From positions 25,172,001-25,236,000 of the forward strand of contig NC_043017.1 of the NCBI RefSeq assembly GCF_006345805.1: 64,000 bases of DNA. Direction: 5' to 3'. Shown here one piece after another: positions 50,966-61,733 of this stretch (its first letter is position 1; each line of letters begins with the position of its first letter). Position numbers and translations under genes: made by a program. The stretch comes from Octopus sinensis. Taxonomy: Eukaryota. The notes beneath the pieces were generated by a model, which saw nothing but the letters and a program-made list of their open reading frames with translations, did no database searches and was not told where the DNA came from.

Positions 50966-53785
50966 TCTTGGAGTGGTTGGTTTTAGGAAGGGCATCCAGC
51001 CAAAGAAACAATGCCAAAACAGACAGGAACCTGGTACGGCTCTCCAGCTTACCAATTCCAGTCAAACAGCCTAATCCATCTCAGAATGGAAAAGCAGATG
51101 TTAAGTGAGGATGATGATGTTGATATATATACATATTCGTTCAGTTATCATTCATTTTTAGGCCTGTTTTACCATGCTGGCATGGGTTAGATGAATACCT
51201 TACTAAGGCATTGTTTTACAATCGGATGCCGTTTCTATCAGAAAGCATTGCGTGCTGAGTGTTGGCAACACAAGGGGTATCCAGCCATAGAAAAATTGTC
51301 TCAATAATTCCAAACTGACTCATACAAGCATGGAAAAATTGGATGTTAAAATGATGATGATGATGATCATGTTTTTGTTGACATGAGAGAGAAAAAAACT
51401 GAACACCAAAATTGATAATGAAACATAGTTAAGTAGCTCACAGTTTTCTGTTTATTGTATGAAATGATTCCATGAATTCAGTACATTTGCATTCATCTGT
51501 TCTTCATCACAGCCATTGCAGTGACCAAGTTCAGAAGATTCTGCAAGTTTCTCATCATCTGAAAAAAAATAATATACATATATTCTTTTACTTTTACTTG
51601 TTTCAGTCATTTGACTATGGCCATGCTTGAGCACTGCCTTTAGTCGAGCAAATCAACCCCAGGACTTTGGAAGCTTAGTACTTATTCTATCGGTCTCTTT
51701 TGCCGAACCGCTAAGTTATGGGGACACCATCATCGTTTGTAAAGCGATGTTGGGGGACAAACACATACACACATACATATATATATACATACACATATAT
51801 ACAACAGGCTTCTTTCAGTTTCCGTCTACCAAATTGACTCACAAGGCTTTGGCCGGCCTGAGGCTATAGTAGAAAACACTTGCCCAAAGAGCCACGCAGT
51901 GGGACTGAACCCAGAACCGTGTGGTTGGTAAGCAAGCTACTTACCACAAAGCCACTCCTGCGCCTATATATATACTCTTTTACTTGTTTCTGTCATTTGA
52001 CTGCGGCCATGCTGGAGCACCGCCTTTAGTTGAGCAAATCGACCTCGGGATTTATTCTTTGTAAGCCCAGTACTTATTCTATCGGTCTCTTTTGCCGAAC
52101 CGCAAAGTGACGGGGATGTAAACACACCAGCATCGGTTGTCAAGCAATGCTAGGGGGACAAACACACACACATATATATATATACATATATACAACAGGC
52201 TTCTTTCAGTTTCCGTCTACCAAATCCACTCACAAGGCATTGGTCGGCTCGGGGCTATAGCAGAAGACACTTGCCCAAGATGCCATGCAGTGGGACTGAA
52301 CCCAGAACCATGTGGTTGGTAAGCAAGCTACTTAACCACACAGCCACTCCTGCGCCTATATATATATATATAATATGTTATTAATCCAAACAGTTCTTTA
52401 CAGAGCACTAACTTACCTTGTTCATCACTGCTTGTATGTTGGTATACCTTGAAAGCTTTCAAATAGAAGCTTTCTGTCACTTTGAAGATTTTTCGATCCT
52501 TTGATGAAAATAACAAGGCCTTGCATAGGGTCGTAGCGGTTTCTTTTAACGATTTCTTGAAGAGGGTGCCAGTTCTGTAGTTGGACGGTGGGTATCTATT
52601 AATGATTAACTCAATTTTCTCAATGCTGTCGTTGTGTTTGTCGAGGGCTGAATAAAGGTAGTCGACGGCCAAAACAAAATTATTCAGCTGAACGCTAAGT
52701 GAGTCTTTCTCCTCGGCAAAGTAGCTCCAGAACTTAGGAGCAATCTCATCTCTCATTTCACTTTGGACATATTCGATGAACCAGTCCTCGATGATGTGTG
52801 TGAGTTGGTGTTGGTGAAGGACTTCGATTGCCGCATTGAAGTCTACTTCGTTCACGGAGGAGGAACAGGCAGTTTTTTCATGTGGCGACGCGAGGGGCTG
52901 AAATGAAAATATTTAGATGTTTGTTACGCACCACAGAGGTACTAAATTAAAAGAGCAATCCACGTATCATCATGCAAATACATCACTGAAAGGAAAGTTA
53001 CGGTTAAGGTCTGGAGTTGCACGCCCACCTAAGTTAGATTTTCGATTTTCTCCGTTTTGAGGGGGGGGGGGGTTCAAATTTATTTCTCACTCGATTTTCT
53101 CCGTTTTGACGGGGGTTTTTCAAATTTTTTTCTCCCCACGCATGGATGATGAGAGGAAGCTTTATTTGACAAAAGTTTTTTGAAAATAAATGATTTTTTT
53201 TTACTTCTCTCCCCCTTCTGTCCCACTCTGGGACCCTAAGAACAGACTTCTTCAGAATTTATTTTGCACTACACACTTAAAAACGATGGGACAAAAATTT
53301 GAAAAGATTCCCGTCGAAACGGAGAAAATCTAACTTATGTGGGCGTGCTATTCCAGACCACCTCTGCCCAAGTTACAGCTGTATTTATCCAGAGATTAGT
53401 ATCTCTTATGAATGTGCTGTTTAAAAACATAATACATCGAAAGGAGACGAAAATCATCCCAGAAGCTGCGAGAAAAAATCCGATGTCACCAGAAAAGCTA
53501 AAGAAAGGAAGGTTTCACAGAAAGCAAAGTCACACTGGGTCCTGACTCAGCTGTTACGTGCCCTCCGCTGTAACCGAGGGTTTCGGGACCAAACCGGCCA
53601 AAATAAGCCACCTCCGGACCCCACAAAGTGCAAAGCTGATAAACTGGTCATCTTCAGAAACATGTAAAGGCGAACCTAATAATAATAATAATAAAACGGT
53701 TTAGAAATATTCTACTCACGTTCGATGGAATCAAAACTTGGGTGGCCACATTCCATGCATTATTCAAAGACTCGTAGTTAGACAT
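35472..53785 (-). CDS. ANAPC2: Anaphase-promoting complex subunit 2 (cullin-like APC/C scaffold), 12 exons, about 787 aa once a 1-nt deficit in exon 3 is corrected
   Basis: Exons: 53720-53785 ([22 protein letters not shown]), 52417-52897, 51442-51558, 48433-48565, 46760-47045 ([15 protein letters not shown]...LENRLLHPG), 44888-45005 ([23 protein letters not shown]), 43081-43250 ([10 protein letters not shown]), 41940-42235 ([29 protein letters not shown]...[10 protein letters not shown]), 40647-40809, 39842-39937, 36929-37158, 35472-35678 ([20 protein letters not shown]...GVYRLSHS*). All introns are GT-AG. Summed length is 2363 nt, one short of a multiple of 3. The motifs are diagnostic of APC2 cullin and C-terminal winged-helix regions. 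Confidence 0.97.
35790..36200. repeat. 44-bp minisatellite, about 9 copies, in the last ANAPC2 intron
   Basis: Unit GTGTGCATATGTGTGCGAGTGTGTGGGCATCTGTATACAAGCAG repeated near-perfectly (period 44, e.g. 35881 and 35925). Confidence 0.95.
36511..36912 (+). mobile_element. Composite SINE family A/B copy
   Basis: Full head-to-tail match to 3220-3622. Confidence 0.85.
37268..37665 (+). mobile_element. Composite SINE family A/B copy
   Basis: Full head-to-tail match to 3220-3622. Confidence 0.85.
39025..39332 (-). mobile_element. tRNA-derived SINE (family E) with 10-bp TSD
   Basis: Minus-strand head GCACATGGCCTAGTGGTTAGAGCAGCGGACTCG...GGGTTCGAATCTC; TSD CTGTCAGATG at 39015-39024 and 39333-39342. 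A plus-strand copy is at about 42715-42978. Confidence 0.85.
45195..45592 (-). mobile_element. Composite SINE family A/B copy
   Basis: Reverse complement of the 3220-3622 consensus. Confidence 0.85.
45746..46017 (-). mobile_element. CR1-type LINE 3' fragment, second family with (CTAA)n tail, nested in a TTAA-type MITE
   Basis: [35 protein letters not shown]; other copies at about 48675-48945 and 10075-10223. Confidence 0.85.
46313..46603 (-). mobile_element. tRNA-derived SINE (family D), full-length with 11-bp TSD
   Basis: Head GGAGGCGCAATGGCCCAGTGGTTAGGGCAGCGGACTCGCGG...GGTTTCGATTCCC; TSD ACTTTTAAGAT at 46302-46312 and 46604-46614. Confidence 0.9.
47815..48200 (+). mobile_element. Composite SINE family A/B copy (head slightly truncated)
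   Basis: Matches 3220-3622. Confidence 0.85.
49232..49469 (+). mobile_element. Family C SINE with 17-bp TSD, inserted into an older family A SINE
   Basis: TSD GGAAACTGGAAGACCAT at 49215-49231 and 49470-49486. Confidence 0.9.
49904..50112. mobile_element. TTAA-flanked MITE (piggyBac-like ends)
   Basis: TTAA|CCCTTAAGTATT...AACACTAAAGAG|TTAA; related copies at about 32847-33388, 34663-34885, 45686-46170 and 63556-63710. Confidence 0.55.
51585..52358 (-). mobile_element. Two tandem family A/B SINE copies in ANAPC2 intron 2
   Basis: Reverse-complement copies at about 51585-51968 and 51975-52358. Confidence 0.85.
53008..53359. mobile_element. MITE with 36-bp TIRs in ANAPC2 intron 1
   Basis: GGTCTGGAGTTGCACGCCCACCTAAGTTAGATTTTC versus reverse-complement GGTCTGGAATAGCACGCCCACATAAGTTAGATTTTC; no clear TSD. 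Confidence 0.75.
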
Positions 53786-55255
53786 TTGGAAAAGAGAAAG
53801 AAGAAATAACGATCGACCATGAGACTACAACAAAACCAACAACAACAAAGAAGCGGCGGGAAACAAATTAAAAGTTCACCGGTTGCTCTTGACGATTAGT
53901 TATGGCGTTACAAATCCTCGTTTTCAACTTTCACCAGACTTCAGCGAATTTCGATGCATTAGTTATGGCTGGAGCAGCTTTATTTATTTACAATACGATT
54001 CCTTTAATACGGATGATCAAAAGTACATTAAAACTTTATGACTGGAGAAACAGAATGATGAATATGTCAGCCAGCGTTTTTCGTTTTCTTTTTGGCGTAA
54101 CTACAGTTTGAGGTCACTCTTTACCGATTTTGTTTCCTCGTGATTTTCTTAATAAAGCATATTTTTTATTAAGTAGGTTTTCGAGGTTTTAGTAGAAGAC
54201 ATTTGCCCAAGGTACCACGCCGGGAACCAGAAATGTTAGTACGCCGGGCTAAATGCTTAGCGGTATTTCGTCTGCCGCTACGTTCTGAGTTCGAATTCCG
54301 CCGAGGTCGACTTTGCCTTTCATCCGTTCGGGGTCGATAAATTAAGTACCAGTCAGTCACGCGCTGGGGGTCGATGTAATCGACTTAATCCGTTTGTGTG
54401 TCCTTGTTTGTCCCCTCTATGTTTAGCCCCTTGTGGGCAATAAAGAAATAAGAAACCATGTGGTTGGGGAGCAAACTTCCTATCTCAGTTACCTGCAAAT
54501 TTTCATTTAAAATGCATTAAGAAAATTATGAAGAAACAAAAGCCACATAGGACTGGGGTCAGGTGTCTTTTATCTTTTTACTTGTTCCAGTTAGCAGATG
54601 GCGGTTATACTGGGGCACCGGTTTGAAGGATTTTAGACGAACGAGTCGACCCTTGTACTCGTTTTTATTGGTCTCTTTATTGAACCGCTAAGTTATGAGG
54701 ATATAAAGAAACCAATACCAGTTATCAAGCAGTGGTGTGGGACAAACAGACAAATACTTTCTCTCTCCCTCTCCATCCCCCTCCCCTCCCCCCTCTCTCT
54801 CTTACACACACACACACACATAATCCAGATAAGAAGATTAGGAAAGAGGTTATCATACCCTTAATGACTAGTCACAATTGTTTCAGTATCGCCCTGTTTT
54901 TAACGCCATGGAGCACACGAAAGTTCCATGTGAAATGTTATGTAGTATTTGAGGTTTTAGTGTGATCTTACATTGTGCATCTGCCAAGCTTTATATTTTG
55001 CGTATATCAGAAGGAAACACAAACTACCCTTCCAGGACCTTAACACACACACACACTCATGTATATACATATCTGTATTAGTATAAACAATCTTAATATC
55101 TGCATGTGTGTGGTAAGAAGCTTGCTTCCCAATCACATGGTTCTGGGTTCAGTCCCACTGTGTGACACCTTGAGCAAGTCATTTTCTACTATAGCCTGAG
55201 GCCAACCAAAGCCTTGTTAGTGGATTTGGTAGGCAGAAACTGAAAGAAGCCCGTG

Positions 55256-55301
<46 letters not shown>

Positions 55302-55399
55302 CATATATCATATTATATACTCAGGCCTATTCCCCATTTTGTTTTTGAGGAGGGTGTTGCCCCAGCAAGACACACCAGGCTTTCCATTCATTTCCCAGC

Positions 55400-55900
55400 T
55401 GAAAGGGACGAGCCCTGTTCTATGCTCAGGTCAAGGCATAGAACGCAACCCCCAATATCAGCAGCAGGGCCCAACAGCATATGCTGGTTTACCCCCGCAC
55501 CGCATCATGCTGGTTCCGTACCCCTTGGAGCAACATCAAAATTCACTCATCCATCCACAAACACTCTCCAAGCTTTCCGACCATTTATAAACTCTCTTGC
55601 TTTTCTCATTCCAACACCTCAAACTACCAAAGCTTTCCTCACTCCATCCATCCACACAAATCGAAATCTGCTTTGGGAAAAATAAGTTGACAAAAACACA
55701 GCCAGAATCATGACCAATCTCCTCCTAAAATTGGAGCGACATGTGGCACGAAGCAAAGCAGGCCTTGCCGTCCACTCAAGAAAGCACATAGTAAATGATT
55801 GATAAGCACTCAAGAAAACTGAGTCCTCAACTTGTTTCATTTGCCAAAAGGTTTGCAAAGCACCAGGAGGCCTCAAGAGACATGTTCATGTCCATAGAAC
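55400..55900 (+). mobile_element. Heavily decayed LINE 3' fragment with zinc-finger-like C-terminus
   Basis: Broken frames include ...RSKAGLAVHSRKH..., similar to the C-terminal GLxxHxRxH finger of RTE/BovB-like ORF2; many stops. Confidence 0.35.
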
Positions 55901-55960
55901 AAGATTACCTCTTCATTTTACTAAACTCTCATCTGTTGTTCTCAACGAGAAAACCCATCA

Positions 55961-56081
<121 letters not shown>

Positions 56082-56209
56082 GTATATATATAGATATAGA
56101 TATATAGTCATTACAGATATAGGGTGAAATATAATTAATTTAATAAAATCAACAAATTTCACCTAGTAGTATTTTGGTATGGAAAAGGACCATATTCGGT
56201 AAAAATTAA

Positions 56210-56651
56210 TATAATTATAATAATAAGGGTTTTTTGCAACAAGTTGCTTAACCACATACCGAAAATTTTAGAAATAGCAGCCAAAAGACTACTATTTCCT
56301 TTTACTGTAAAAATAAGTCCTTTTTGTAGTAAAAGGAAATAGTAGTCTTGTTGCAAAAAACCCTTATTATTATAATTATATATATATATATAGGTAAGAA
56401 AGTTGGTATGTGAAAGCACGTGGTTGAATATATAGAAAATAGTAAAAAGTGAAAAAAACTACAGAAGGCTTGTTTTAAAAGGTTAAAAAATATATATTTG
56501 AGTCAATATGTCTGAAGAATGTTATAAATTTTTTACATACAATGACATAGTATAGAAGAAATTTATAACATTCTTCAGACATATTGACTCAAATATATAT
56601 TTTTTAACCTTTTAAAACAAGCCTTCTGTAGTTTTTCACTTTTTACTATTT

Positions 56652-56654
<3 letters not shown>
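56210..56654. repeat. Cluster of long inverted repeats (foldback-like)
   Basis: 34-bp perfect IR (56210-56243 / 56347-56380), 22-bp perfect IR (56285-56306 / 56328-56349), and a near-perfect IR of about 97 bp (56434-56531 / 56559-56654) with a 27-nt loop. Confidence 0.95.
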
Positions 56655-56685
<31 letters not shown>

Positions 56686-57043
56686 CACACACACATACAC
56701 ACGACGGGCTTCTTCCAGTTTCCCATTACCAAATCCACTCACAAGGCTTTGGTCGTTCCAAGGTTATAGTAAAAGACATTTACCACTTCCAAACTTGGAA
56801 CCGTGTCGTTTGGAAGCAAACTTCGTACCACATAGCCCCGCTTGTACCTGTGGAAAATTTCATTTTATTATTATTCCTTTCCAGAAAGGAGAGGCTAGAA
56901 CCGTCCTCATGAATTTTTTCTCAGCCTAATTATAATCTTCTTCATCAAAATGTATGAGGAAACAAAGTCAAGGTGCCTGAAATATTGCCTCCTAGTTTTT
57001 ATTTATTTATTTATTTTTTCCTTTCACACAAAATTCTGATATA

Positions 57044-57553
57044 CCATAAATCTTCGAGTATAGTCTACCCTTGAGTATAATACACGGGATTTTTAGGGGG
57101 CTGTACCTCTGACAAACCTAAACCTTGTGTATAGTATGCACCCCTTCTCTAACTTGAGTCAAGGAGGTCTATATAATGTCCTTGGTTTGTAAAAATGTAT
57201 ACGGTAACATCCTTTATTATTATTGTATATATAACATAATGCAAACGTGTAGCTTTTTTGTGCATTTTGTTTGCAGAAAATAAAGAAATAACAGTAATAA
57301 CGTTTAATAAATGTTGCTTACTGCAAGTTATGGATGATTCTTTTATGACTTCATTGCTTTCAGGCTTAGCTTAAGGTATTTTTGCACCCAACATCACAAA
57401 ATGCATCTGAATAAACATTGCCGGACAGCAAATAGAGACTCGGACATTGCTTAGAAAATAATTTTCATTTTTAACCTCGTATATAGTACGCACTAGGGAT
57501 TTTGACCTTGAAATTTTGGGGAAAAAATGCGGATTATACTCGAGGACTTACAT
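57044..57553. mobile_element. pogo/Tigger-like MITE
   Basis: Ends TA-CCATAAATCTTCGAGTATAGTC and GGATTATACTCGAGGACTTAC resemble pogo-type TIRs (CCGTAAATCCTCGAGTATAATCC). Confidence 0.65.
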
Positions 57554-57693
57554 TAATCGAAATTTACACCATCTTCATGTATTTGTAGAAAATTTCGTTA
57601 TAAACTATACACTCTTCAGAAAGTCATGAAGAAGCAAAGTCGATAGAAGGGCACACTTGTGCAGGTATGCACTATTCCATCCACCTCATTGTA

Positions 57694-58095
57694 CTCTTTT
57701 ACTTGTTTCAGTCATTTGACTGTGGCCATGCTGGAGCACTGCCTTTAGTTGAACAAATCGACCTCAGGACTTATTCTTTGTAAGCCTAGGACTTATTTTA
57801 TCGGACTCTTTTGCCGAACCGCTAAGTTACGGGGACGTAAACACACCAGCATCGGTTGTCAAGCGATGTTGGGGGGACAAACACAGACACACAAACATAT
57901 AAACATACATACATATACATATATATATATACATATACGTATATATGACAGGCTTCCTTCAGTTTCCATCTACCAAATCCACTTGCATGGCATTAGTCGG
58001 CCTGAAGCTATAGTAGAAGACACTTGCCCAAGGTGCCACGCAGTGGGACTGAACCTAGAACCATGTGGTTGGTAAGCAAGCTACTTACCACACAG
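57694..58095 (-). mobile_element. Composite SINE family A/B copy
   Basis: Reverse complement of the 3220-3622 consensus. Confidence 0.85.
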
Positions 58096-59339
58096 TTTCA
58101 CATACACTCTTGTCATGAGCTTACATATTTGTGTGTTTGCTGAAGACCATCGTCATGTGGTTGGTCCTCAGGAAGAATGATGCTGCATCCTTTAACTGAA
58201 CGACAAATCAGGCTGGCTGAATGTATAAATAAATAATAACTCACAAACGTTCAACCATATTTTATTAATAGTAAACTGTGCATATAAATATGCAAATTAT
58301 CACAGACTCACTGGTTATCAGAATAGCAAGCAAGAATAGATGAATTCGTTGGCTGAGACAGCTGTCTGGAAGAGAAAAATGCAGATGTAATAACTGCCTC
58401 ACGTTGTGGAAGCTGGAGAAGAGAACCGTGATCAATCTTGCTTGAAGGCTAACCGTGGTCTGCTTGTGATTTGTTTTGGTTGAAGGCCACCAGCGATCTG
58501 CCGTGAGCTAGGCACCAAACTGATTAACTATGGTAAAGGGGTATGAATTTCTAGAATATTCAAGAAGCCAGACCATGTCACAGCTTCATGCTGATTGGTT
58601 GGATTTTAGATCAACCACGTGAAACTGAAGTGGCATTCTCATGATTGCAAACTGATAATTTTGCGGTTAGGGCCCAAATCCCTACACCCTTAATGCCAGC
58701 AGTTCCTAATCAGACAAATACCAGGCTTTATCACAGACTTAATGAATTTTCTGTTTTGCCTTTTTGCTTTCCCATCTTATCAAGGAAAAAGACAAAAATA
58801 TTTTGTATCTGTAATTGTTTTCTTTCTCTGCCATGATGTTTCAAAAAGCTTAGAATCATTCCAGCTTAATCAAACATGTCTGTGTATCCCCATAAAGCCC
58901 AACTCAAAGTGACGGGAGGAGGGTACTGTCCCTTCTGAGAAATACTGGTTAATACAATTTTCAGAATGACTCAGTATGATAGACTAGCGTTTGAACACGT
59001 TCTGTCATAAGCTGGTACCATTTCTTCATTTTCTGTCGCCAATAACTTATTCTTGTTTTTCCTCTGTTAGTAAAATACTGATCATTGTATTGCTGAACAG
59101 GAGAAAATTAACAGGAGATTAAACTTCTACAAAAATCCGAAATAGTCCATTGTACTTATAGCGGCTGAAATACTTTGGGGGAAAAGGGTTAGTCGAGTAC
59201 ATTGGCATCACACTCTACCCCGAAAGGATCAAAGGTAAAATCGACTTTGGCGGAATTTGAACCCAGAACGTAAAGCCGGAAGAATTGCCGTTAAGCACTT
59301 TGTTTGGCATGACGATTCTGCTAGTTCACCACCTAAAGT

Positions 59340-60151
59340 TGTTTGAAATAATCCTTGAAATTATAAGCATAAGATCTGAAGTGTTGGTGGAGGAGGAGGA
59401 GGGGTAGTCGATTATATCGACCCCAGTGTGTAACTGGTACTTATTTTATCGACCCCATAAGGATGAAAGATAAAGTTGACCTTGGCAGAATTTGAATCCA
59501 GAATGTAAAGAGCCGGAAGAAATACCTATTTCTTTATTGCCCACGAGGGGCCAAACATAAAGGGGACAAACAAGGACAGACAAAGGGATTAAGTCGATTA
59601 CATCGACCCCAGTGTGTAACTGGTACTTTATTTATCGACCCTGAAAGGATGAAAGGCAAAGTCGACCTCGGCGGAATTTGAACTCAGAACGTCGCGGCAG
59701 ACGAAATACCTATTTCTTTACTACCCACAAGGGGTTAAACATAGAGAGGACAAACAAGGACAGACATAGGTATTAAGTCGATTACATCGACCCCAGTGTG
59801 TAACTGGTACTTAATTTATTGACTCCCAAAGGATGAAAGGCAAAGTGGACCTCGGCGGAATTTGAACTCAGAACGTAGCAGCAGACGAAATACTGCTAAG
59901 CATTTTGCCCGGCGTGCTAATGATTCTGCCAGCTCGCCGCCTTTTTGTATTCTTATTTCTTTATTGCCCACAAGGGAATAAACATAGAGGGGACAAACAA
60001 GGACAGACAAAGGGATTAAGTCGATTACATCGACCCCAGTGCGTAACTGGTACTTAATTTATCGACCCCGAAAGAATGAAAGGCAAAGTGGACCTCAGCG
60101 GAATTTGAACTCAGAACTAAGCATTTCGCCCGGCGTGCTAACGTTTCTGCT
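59340..60151 (-). mobile_element. Tandem cluster of four family C SINE units
   Basis: Repeated Nin-like domain and AAAGAAATA(G/A) tail; unit joints at about 59527, 59710 and 59945. Confidence 0.85.
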
Positions 60152-61219
60152 AGCTCGCCGCTTTAAGCAGTTTGGAATAATGATCCAAATTCAAACAGAG
60201 ATAATATCGACTTCAGTAGAATTTTAAACCAGAACGTACGTAAAGCCAGAAGAAATACCGCTAAGCACTTTGTCCTGCGCCGAGCAACGATTCTAATGCT
60301 CTGAATTGAAACACTTCTGTGCTACCGTAGAGCAAAAAAGGCGACTTGACTGAAATCAGTTTTCCAACACAAGAGATTCAATGTTTTAGTCTTGTTTCCG
60401 TTTTACTGCGAAACAAGGATTTGCGTGTGTGTGAGTATGTGTATATATTTATATATGTATAATATCTAAGGTGTGCATACATATGTATGTATATATACAT
60501 GGGCATATACACCCGTGATGTAGTTGAAACATACAAGTATGTAAATAATAATAAAAGAATTAGTGTAAGACAATTAAATAACCTTGTTTAGGCTGGAGAG
60601 ACCAAAGTGTCAAGAGGAAGCATAAAAGAGAGGAAAATTGAGAGCAAAAAAGGAAGAATTACGAAGAAAATGAGGCGAAAATAAGCGTAGAACTTGGAAT
60701 GTAAAATGTTAAAGACATTTCTTTTTTAATTGGAGAAAAGAAAAAGTGAAAAAAACTCGTCCCAGCAATAAAGTAACAAGTTGAGAAAGTGTTGCAATTA
60801 ATTAATTAATTGGTAATTAATTATTTATTGAACGAAAAGTCGGCAAAACTGGTGAAGTTTGTTTTAAAAGGAAAATTACATGTGAAGAAGTAAAAAAAAA
60901 AAAAAAAATTCCCCCCCACGGAACAAACTTTTTACGTAAACAACAACAACAACAACAACGAAAGACGATGTTGTGAAGAAGCAATTAAATTTGCAAGGTG
61001 CCCCAGCACTTCGTCATCGACTTTTTACACCAGCATATATACATATATATATATACATATATATATGATATATGTTTGAGGGTGTGTGTGTGTATATTTT
61101 GTGAATATTTTCTGAATATATCGAATGACGTTTATTGAATGTCGTTTGACCGTTTGAATTTCACTGGATTAAATCCTCGAGCTGCAATATTTTAATTAAA
61201 GTAAACAAAAACACAAGAC

Positions 61220-61267
61220 ATGGACTTCGTGGAAGAGATTAATTTCGATGATCTCAAGTTCGAAGAG
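61220..61267 (+). CDS. MAP3K7: Probable first coding exon of MAP3K7/TAK1 (MAP kinase kinase kinase 7); the rest of the gene lies beyond the right edge
   Basis: ATG GAC TTC GTG GAA GAG ATT AAT TTC GAT GAT CTC AAG TTC GAA GAG followed by donor GTTGGT encodes MDFVEEINFDDLKFEE. This resembles the TAK1 pre-kinase segment (human NFEEIDYKEIEVEE, then VVGRGAFG). Only 16 codons are visible, so other kinases of similar type cannot be excluded. Confidence 0.6.
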
Positions 61268-61690
61268 GTTGGTTAAATAACAAATAATAACTTTTCCTAA
61301 AATAATAATAACTACATAACACCACTACTGTTACTACTAATGATGATAATAATAATAATAATAATAATAATATGATTTCTTTTATAAATAATTGTTCTCC
61401 TTTGAATCCGATGTGATGCAAAAGTTAATTTAAAAATTGATTTAATTATAGCTAATAATAATAATAATGATAATAATAATAATAATGATAATAATAATAA
61501 TAGTAATAATAATGATGATGATGATAATGCAACTGTTAATACTTTTCTGTAAACTTCTCTTTTGACTTTGTGTTTTATATATGTATATATATGTATCTGA
61601 TTCTGTTTATGTCTAGGATGATGTATAAGCTATAATATATTTCCGTTTTTCTGTGTTTAATCCTCTTGTTTTATATATACAACAGCGGAG

Positions 61691-61733
<43 letters not shown>

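Noticed and set aside
51442-51558. RNA editing or alternative splicing as a rescue of the ANAPC2 frameshift
   Set aside because: A-to-I editing cannot add a base, and I found no alternative GT/AG pair that restores the frame and keeps the conserved residues.
58222-58686. Possible solo LTR (minus strand TGTAGG...ATACA with AATAAA)
   Set aside because: No target-site duplication, PBS or PPT at the candidate ends.
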